DNA of 64,000 nt from Pirellula sp. (GTDB lineage: Bacteria > Planctomycetota > Planctomycetia > Pirellulales > Pirellulaceae), in assembly GCA_046318795.1 (NCBI GenBank), contig JBKCTT010000154.1, positions 18,949 to 82,948 on the forward strand. The letters are read 5' to 3'. The number at the start of each line of letters is the position of its first letter. Position 1 is the first letter of the stretch. The position numbers and the translations under genes are program-made. The notes under the pieces are model-generated. The model did not search any database, had not been told where the DNA came from, and was given only the letters and a program-made list of their open reading frames with translations. This document shows, piece by piece, positions 57,726-64,000 of the stretch.

Positions 57726-58205
57726 TCAGCTTCCAATAAATGGTTGTCCTGGTCCGCTGCCGGGTTGGCCGTTGTAGGCAGGCATGTTATTGTAACCAGG
57801 CGCTGGAGCCATGCCAGCGGGATAGGTTCCGCCGGGTGCGTTAACAGGTGAACCGATAGGTGCGCCCGTGTTAGGCACCATTGGGGCCGCCGCACTAGTT
57901 CCGGGGTAAACTCCGCCAGGTTGAAACGTTCCCGGAGCCACGTATTGTGGCTGAGGAGCATAGGGATATGCATTATAAGGATAGCATGGCTGTCCGTTAT
58001 ATCCGCTGGTATTCGCACAGCCGGACAGTATGCTAAACCCCATCGCCATCGATAACGCAATACCGCATACTTTATTTCCCTGGCTCCTAAAGCGGCTGCC
58101 AGTCAGCAATCTTGATTTCACCAGTAACGTTGCAGTTCGCCCCAAGACATTTCCTGTATGTTTCATCATCAACGTATCTTCCTCATGCAAACTACACACC
58201 AGCAT
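57726..58205 (-). CDS. Pro/Gly/Tyr-rich lipoprotein-like protein
   Basis: LSG-C lipobox followed by low-complexity PY/PG repeats; true start probably downstream of 58205. Confidence 0.6.
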   Translation of the reverse strand: MLVCSLHEEDTLMMKHTGNVLGRTATLLVKSRLLTGSRFRSQGNKVCGIALSMAMGFSILSGCANTSGYNGQPCYPYNAYPYAPQPQYVAPGTFQPGGVYPGTSAAAPMVPNTGAPIGSPVNAPGGTYPAGMAPAPGYNNMPAYNGQPGSGPGQPFIGS

Positions 58206-58300
58206 ATCTGGAACAAGGTAATAGGAAAATTTCCAAACAAAGGCTAGACCGTTACTACATTTCGAACCTAGAACTTTAGGAAAAGTACAGCCAAGGGACC

Positions 58301-60235
58301 TTAGGCAGCTTGTTCGTGAGCCGATTTGTTTTGCGTTGCTAATTGACCCGCTCGTATGTCGTAGACATCGTCTGCGATTTTTAGGAGTGCCTCGCGGTGG
58401 GTTACGATGATAATCGTCATCGTCCCTTTCATTGCTTGCAATGTTTCGCGAATTTGGACTTCGCTCGTTAAATCGATCTGGCTCGTGGATTCGTCTAGAA
58501 TCAAAATTTCGGGCTTTCGAAGGATCGCGCGAGCCAACGCAATTCGTTGGCGTTGGCCACCACTTAGTTTTTGGCCATTTGTACCTACGATAGTCTCGTA
58601 GCCATCTGATAGGGAATTAATGATAAAGTCATGGGCATGGGCGAGTTTAGCTGCTTCTAAAATCTCTTCTCTGGTTGCGTTTGGTGAGCCGTATTGGATA
58701 TTCTCCAGTACAGATCGATTGAATAGCTCCGCGTTTTGACTGACCAGTGTGATACGTTTGCGAATATCGTCGAATGATAAGTCACGAAGATCAACTCCGC
58801 CCAGTGTAATGCGGCCTTGTGTTGGATCATAGAACCGACATAAGAGTTGAATCAAAGTCGACTTACCCGAACCGTTGTGTCCGAGTATCGCTACTGTATT
58901 GCCAAAGGGAATCGACAAAGAGACATCTTTAAGTATCGACGTACCAGTCTGGTATTCGAAACTTAGATGCTCGACGGTTAATTCATGTTTACTTCCAGCT
59001 AACAAAGTAGGATTGGCAGGCTCTACTACACGTGTGGAGTGCTCCAGTATTCCATAGAGTACATTGGCTGCCATGCTACCATTTTGAATCGCAACTGAAA
59101 CTCCCGATAGTCGTCTCAGTGGATCGCTGGCGCCAATTAGGAGGCCGAAAAAGATAAGTAGATCGGTAATCGTTAGGGGTGTATCTCGGATCTTAAGAAA
59201 GAGTAGGTGTGTCTCTTTGTTGACAACCAAATACGCTCCAGCGCAAACCGTAATTCCCACCATGGTTACGCCGATGAGCTCGGTAAACGGTCGGCTCAAT
59301 CCGGAAAAGAAAATCATTTTCAGATGGGCTCGCTGCATTTGGTCCGTTTGACCTGCAAACCGTTTTCGTTCGCTTTCCTGCATCGAATACGCTTGGACTG
59401 TAAAGATATTACTAAACGCCTCCAGCATGACTTCGTGGAACCTTGCATTTCGTCGCAAAATTGTCGAAGCAACGGCTCGAATTCTTTTGTTGAAGTAGAC
59501 AATGATGACGATTAAGGCTGGTGCCAAAATAATGGAGAGAGCCAGCAGTCTCCATGAAATGAAGCATGCAAATGCTAGGCAAGCGACAATACGTAGGGGC
59601 TCGCGAATCGCTGCTCCAAACAAAGACATCAAACCAGTCGTTAGGTTGTCGGCTGCTACGGTTATGCTAGACACTAAGCCACTTGTACCAACGCTTTGGT
59701 AGGAGTCTTTATCCATGACGAGGGCCTTATCAAAGACTTTTTGACGCAATCGCTTGACCAAGGTCGATGAAACATAGCCAAGAATCATGTCACTGGTGAG
59801 CATCAGGACATGTTTAATTAGCGTCGTCACCACCAAGACTGCCATGATAAGGCAGATCGTTTGAAAAGCGTCAGCCGGAAGCAATCGGTGTGCCCAATGT
59901 CTTTGCCACGCGGTCCAGGCGAGAGCTCGTTGCTTCTCCTCGCGACGCTGGCGTAAATCGATCAATTCCAGTTCGCCGCGTTGATCCTTAGCGTTGTTAG
60001 TCTCTAATTCGTCGATTCGCCGCGTCAGTTTATCGAGTTCCGCCTGGGTATCCGCATGATTTTTATCAAGCCAACTTTGGACTGATTCATTTCTTAGGGT
60101 GATTTCGATGACCGGATAAAGGGCTCCGATATTCGAGCCCCAGAGCAAAGCGATACCCAACGAGCAGATTGTGGCTAGCAGAATAAGCGGAGCGAGATGA
60201 GAAGCATCCCGAATCGCCTTCCCAAAATTTTGCAT
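58301..60235 (-). CDS. ABC transporter, fused permease/ATPase (MsbA-like exporter)
   Basis: TM domain; GHNGSGKST, LSGGQRQR, ILILDE, VTHR. Confidence 0.95.
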   Translation of the reverse strand: MQNFGKAIRDASHLAPLILLATICSLGIALLWGSNIGALYPVIEITLRNESVQSWLDKNHADTQAELDKLTRRIDELETNNAKDQRGELELIDLRQRREEKQRALAWTAWQRHWAHRLLPADAFQTICLIMAVLVVTTLIKHVLMLTSDMILGYVSSTLVKRLRQKVFDKALVMDKDSYQSVGTSGLVSSITVAADNLTTGLMSLFGAAIREPLRIVACLAFACFISWRLLALSIILAPALIVIIVYFNKRIRAVASTILRRNARFHEVMLEAFSNIFTVQAYSMQESERKRFAGQTDQMQRAHLKMIFFSGLSRPFTELIGVTMVGITVCAGAYLVVNKETHLLFLKIRDTPLTITDLLIFFGLLIGASDPLRRLSGVSVAIQNGSMAANVLYGILEHSTRVVEPANPTLLAGSKHELTVEHLSFEYQTGTSILKDVSLSIPFGNTVAILGHNGSGKSTLIQLLCRFYDPTQGRITLGGVDLRDLSFDDIRKRITLVSQNAELFNRSVLENIQYGSPNATREEILEAAKLAHAHDFIINSLSDGYETIVGTNGQKLSGGQRQRIALARAILRKPEILILDESTSQIDLTSEVQIRETLQAMKGTMTIIIVTHREALLKIADDVYDIRAGQLATQNKSAHEQAA

Positions 60236-60351
60236 GACTCTTGAACGTGTTCGCGGAAAAAACCATATTCTTCAAAATGCGGAAATAGCGAATTCGGGGG
60301 CTCCAGGGAAGATCGATTCTGAAACGAAGAAAGCTAGCAATACTCGAAGGG

Positions 60352-61215
60352 CTAGGTCGCTTTCTTGACCATGAGAACGCTGCAGGTTGCAGTGTGGAGA
60401 ATATGACGAGCGACACTGCCGATTAATATTCTTTGGATCGCTGAACGTCCTTTATCACCGATGACGAGTAGCGAGCTACTGTGGCGGTCCGCAAAACCGA
60501 CGATCGTCGAGGCTGCTGTGGACGATTCAACAACGTGTGTGTCGACATTATGGTAGTGCTGGCGAAACGCTTTAGAAATTTCGTCGAGCTGCAATTTTTG
60601 CTCTTGGACGTGCTTGGAGTCGTAGACAATCTCTTCGGAAAGATCCCGTGGACGTGGAAGTACGGACAAAATAGATATTCGTGAATCGGGCGTAAGCTTC
60701 CATGTCTTAAGGTAATCGAGAGCTGCTTTGGCCGAATCAGAGCCATCCCACGCTACTGTTACATGAGGCGAATATTCGATGTTCTCGGGGTGTTTCGCAG
60801 GTCGGACAACAAGCACCGATGCCTTGCAGTGAGACACGACCGAGTCACTCGTGCTGCCCAGGAGAAGTCGAGATACGAACCCTGCACCCCGAGCTCCGAC
60901 GACCAACAGATCGGTAGGATTTCTTTCCGTCCACTCTATAATTTCATTCGCCGCATGACCGGATCGCTCGACCAACTTGGCGGTCCTGCCATGATTCTTC
61001 AAAGAAGTCTCGGCGGCAGCAAAAGCTTCTAATGCGACTTGATTTTGGAGCTTCTCGACGCTTTGGCGCATCTCTTTGTTCAAGATGCCGTAGGGTTGTA
61101 CATCATCGACAATGAGCACAGTGATATCGTGAGGAATGCTTGCGCTAAGGCGGCAATACTCGTTCACGGCATCCAGTGATGCTGGGGAACCGTCGGTCGC
61201 TATTAATACCTTCAT
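60352..61215 (-). CDS. Universal stress protein (two USP domains)
   Basis: VLIATDGS..DLLVVGARG..LLGSTS; VAWDGS..LLVIG..LIGSVA..CSVLMV. Confidence 0.95.
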   Translation of the reverse strand: MKVLIATDGSPASLDAVNEYCRLSASIPHDITVLIVDDVQPYGILNKEMRQSVEKLQNQVALEAFAAAETSLKNHGRTAKLVERSGHAANEIIEWTERNPTDLLVVGARGAGFVSRLLLGSTSDSVVSHCKASVLVVRPAKHPENIEYSPHVTVAWDGSDSAKAALDYLKTWKLTPDSRISILSVLPRPRDLSEEIVYDSKHVQEQKLQLDEISKAFRQHYHNVDTHVVESSTAASTIVGFADRHSSSLLVIGDKGRSAIQRILIGSVARHILHTATCSVLMVKKAT

Positions 61216-61298
61216 TGTGCTTCTTCTGAGTTAGAGGGCCAATAACCATGCGGATAGCGGTGCATTCTGTCACGGTTTTCAAAGCGAGTATCCTTTTG

Positions 61299-61315
61299 CG
61301 TGCCATATTGGCACG
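61299..61315. promoter_or_regulatory. Perfect palindrome upstream of the USP gene, candidate operator
   Basis: CGTGCCA-TAT-TGGCACG. Confidence 0.4.
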
Positions 61316-61502
61316 GCAGCAGTGTTGAATTGGCTCAGCGGTCTTGAGGTTAGCACGCTTTTCCAACATTCCCAGGCTGGAAATCGCCGCAAAAACAGTA
61401 ACGAAGACCACAACCTATCTTTTAACAGCTAATCGAAGCAAGTCTTGGACCAAACCGGTCTGTTGGGAATTCCGGCTAGCCCATAGCGGTGGGGAGCTTG
61501 TT

Positions 61503-63281
61503 TTAATCTGCGGATCGAACTTGCAATTCGAGTTTCCAGGACTGGTCGGTTCTGGATGATTTGCAGAAAAGCTCCAGGATACCAAGTTCAGTAACTCGAC
61601 TTTCGAACTTAACCGGGACAAGCCCCGGCGAGTCGGTCGCTGCGAGTTCTGTTTCCATGGGGGGCGTTTCGGTCAGTTCGTTGTCATCCCATTCCTTGAG
61701 CAATTGTCCAGGCTTATCAGTCGTTCTGGTGGTACTGGAGAAGAATCGGAATCTGGCTCGTTTGCCCGTTCTCAATCCGACCTCTTTGTTGCCAATGACG
61801 CACTCTGTTCCTTCTTCCATGCCATGAGGGACGACGCACAACGCGTGTAGCGGTCTGGGAATTCCTGGTATCGCTGGTCCGGTAGATTCGATCCCTATGT
61901 AGTAACTCCTCGCCGTGCCTCCCCGGATTCGGATTCCGCCATGGTCTTTAGCCCAAAGATAATAAACGGATCCGCATGCGACCGCTTGGTCCAAGTCGTC
62001 GATACCCCCTAAGACCGTGAGAGAGTCTTGAGAAGTTTGATTCCAACTGCCGATGGTATGCACCAGTCGATCGCGAAATGATGTTGCATTAAAGACGCCG
62101 CCATTGAACAGCAAATGGGAGATGCGCTGATTCGGTGTTTTATGCAGATGGTCACCAAGAAAGGCTGCAACATGTTTAGTAATTGCAGAATCTGGTTCAA
62201 AGGGGAGCCCGATTTCTTGAAACCCAGTATCCCCCGATTCGATTGGGCGATCGTGAAGCGAGACAACAGGGAAAAAGCCATCCACCAATGTTGATTCCAC
62301 GATTGCCCGGTCTAGATCAACAGAAATCGTTCCACCGATCAGTTTGCTACCGCGTCCAAGAATGTTAAGCGGGACGCTGTTAGGGGCCTTTGCACTCAGT
62401 AGAGATTCTTTCGCGAGTCGGCAAGAGTGCCAAAGCGAAGTGGATTGCCAAGCGTTCAGTTTGTGTCCTTTGGATGCGAACAACTGAGACGCGACGTGGG
62501 CTAGAGTCAAATCCATGTTGTCTCCGCCGATCAGTAAATGTTTTCCAACGGCTAATCGACTCAGTTCCAGTTCTCCCTGTTCCTCGGTTACTTGGACTAA
62601 AGTCAAGTCTGTCGTGCCACCTCCAACGTCACATACGAGCAGTGTGTCGTGTCGCTTAAGTTGCTTTCTCCAAGCGTCTCCCTGAGCGTGAATCCAGTTG
62701 TAAAGCGCTGCCTGAGGTTCTTCTAGGAATACAAAGTCTTCGGGGAAGCCTGCTGTTATAGCAGCGTGTTTGGTGAGTTCTCGTGCATCGAGATCGAACG
62801 ACGCGGGTACGGTCAGCACAATCCGCTGTTCGGAAAAGGGTGCATCGGAGAACTGCTGCTCCCAAGCATCCACTAGATGCATCAGATACGCCGTTGTGGC
62901 ATCCAAGGGGGACAATCTCAATTCTGGAGACTCGTTTTCAAAGGGAAGCAGCGGGCTGGTGCGATCGACGGTGCCATGGCATAACCAGCTTTTGGCTGCA
63001 GCGATGACTCGATCTGGCTGCTCGCTGGCAATCCGACGTGCGTATTCTCCAACAACTCCATACGGGGAGCGAAAGCCATCGATGGTAAAGGCTGGATCGA
63101 GTGCGCCCTCGAAACGAAGCAAAAAAGATGGCAACGAGAGCCGGCGTTCCACGGTTCCCGGGGCGGTTATTTGTGGGATAGGAAGAACCGCAATCATTGC
63201 TTCCGATTCGTCGGCCGGAGCGAAGGCGAGTACCGAGTTGGTGGTGCCGAGATCGATACCGATGTGATATTTGGCTGTCAT
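61503..63281 (-). CDS. Hsp70-family (DnaK-like, non-canonical) protein
   Basis: GIDLGTTNS, LTVPASF, LEEPQAA, VCDVGGGTTD, IGGDNMD, LFNGG. Confidence 0.93.
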   Translation of the reverse strand: MTAKYHIGIDLGTTNSVLAFAPADESEAMIAVLPIPQITAPGTVERRLSLPSFLLRFEGALDPAFTIDGFRSPYGVVGEYARRIASEQPDRVIAAAKSWLCHGTVDRTSPLLPFENESPELRLSPLDATTAYLMHLVDAWEQQFSDAPFSEQRIVLTVPASFDLDARELTKHAAITAGFPEDFVFLEEPQAALYNWIHAQGDAWRKQLKRHDTLLVCDVGGGTTDLTLVQVTEEQGELELSRLAVGKHLLIGGDNMDLTLAHVASQLFASKGHKLNAWQSTSLWHSCRLAKESLLSAKAPNSVPLNILGRGSKLIGGTISVDLDRAIVESTLVDGFFPVVSLHDRPIESGDTGFQEIGLPFEPDSAITKHVAAFLGDHLHKTPNQRISHLLFNGGVFNATSFRDRLVHTIGSWNQTSQDSLTVLGGIDDLDQAVACGSVYYLWAKDHGGIRIRGGTARSYYIGIESTGPAIPGIPRPLHALCVVPHGMEEGTECVIGNKEVGLRTGKRARFRFFSSTTRTTDKPGQLLKEWDDNELTETPPMETELAATDSPGLVPVKFESRVTELGILELFCKSSRTDQSWKLELQVRSAD

Positions 63282-63321
63282 TGCTGTAGTTGCTTGAGAA
63301 AATGAACCCTAGTGCGGCTCA

Positions 63322-63963
63322 TTATGGCATGACCGACGATGTGAGCAACGCCAACGCTTCGTGTTCACCAGGGCCGGCGGTTTTATTGATAATTACGCAA
63401 TGCTTTTCCCATTCCTCTTGCCAAATCGCGGGATCGATCATGTGCCGCCTGCTGACTAAGATCGCTAATTCCAGAAGTGAATGTTTGGCACGATTCCAAC
63501 CCCAAAACACGCCCAGTGTTCCCTGCTTGACGACCAGACACGTCCCTTCGGCCCGGGGAGTGGAGGTGTCCCATTTCGTAATTTGCAATGCATAATAACG
63601 GTGGCAACTTTCCAAAACCCAACCAACTTCCGGATCGTGATAAGCACGTCTGGCTTTCTCAATGTGCTCTCGCCACTTGGATTCTGTTTCGGATCGGCGT
63701 TCTTGGCTGGGACCTAGGGCCGAGTTCTGGCTAGACGAGAGCTGCTGATTACCATATCCGAGTACGGTTGCCGTCAAAAGAAAAGCGTCATCGGTAATAT
63801 GAAAGACAGCACGACCTGTTCGATGAAGATTTGCGAACGTGGTTGACGTCTGAAACGGATAGAGGGTCCAATTGCGGAAAGCCTCGTCTACATGCGGGCC
63901 TATTGGTGCCGCATGCATTTCCCCGTTTTCGTCTTCTGTAGTTATAATTCCTTCCACAATCAT
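63322..63963 (-). CDS. DUF447 family protein
   Basis: EGIITT..APIGP..PFQTSTTFANL..WNRAKHSLLELAILVSR. Confidence 0.85.
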   Translation of the reverse strand: MIVEGIITTEDENGEMHAAPIGPHVDEAFRNWTLYPFQTSTTFANLHRTGRAVFHITDDAFLLTATVLGYGNQQLSSSQNSALGPSQERRSETESKWREHIEKARRAYHDPEVGWVLESCHRYYALQITKWDTSTPRAEGTCLVVKQGTLGVFWGWNRAKHSLLELAILVSRRHMIDPAIWQEEWEKHCVIINKTAGPGEHEALALLTSSVMP

Positions 63964-64000
63964 TCCAGTAGTTTATCACGAAACTGGAATTAACGAACCC

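Noticed and set aside
1-64000. CRISPR array
   Set aside because: No repeat-spacer series of 25-45 bp found; the short repeats seen (iterons, 9- and 12-bp boxes) lack unique spacers and cas genes

Overview
Bacterial chromosomal window, most likely from a planctomycete (Pirellulales-like). This is inferred from PVC-type heme-binding proteins, a PEP-CTERM protein, a Cache-domain Ser/Thr kinase, a PQQ-like propeller and a planctomycete-type integrase. 1-22.5 kb is core-like: membrane proteins, a kinase, two two-component modules (one histidine kinase broken by an in-frame TAG), a sialidase, a PVC dehydrogenase/cytochrome c pair and uppP. A tRNA-Val(GAC) at 22594-22667 is the insertion site of a 15,284-bp integrated element bounded by a perfect 21-bp direct repeat (22648-22668 / 37932-37952). 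All of its genes lie on the minus strand: tyrosine integrase, S49 protease, tape-measure-like and tail-like proteins, primase-helicase with an iteron array, excisionase-like HTH, a stand-alone integrase core-binding domain and a cos-like site. No capsid, portal or terminase is recognisable, so it looks like a phage satellite. Rejoining the att ends puts the integrase in frame with an orphan ORF at the far end, giving 557 aa when excised versus 461 aa when integrated. Right of attR is an accessory region. It holds a three-gene operon of a chaperone-usher-type pilin, a secretin and a tandem PapD-like chaperone with no usher, plus a PEP-CTERM gene, tspO, an Rpn nuclease and two pseudogenes. 47-64 kb holds a GH32/AGE/MFS/NanA sugar-acid catabolic operon and housekeeping genes. 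All protein assignments come from motif recognition by eye; no database searches were run.
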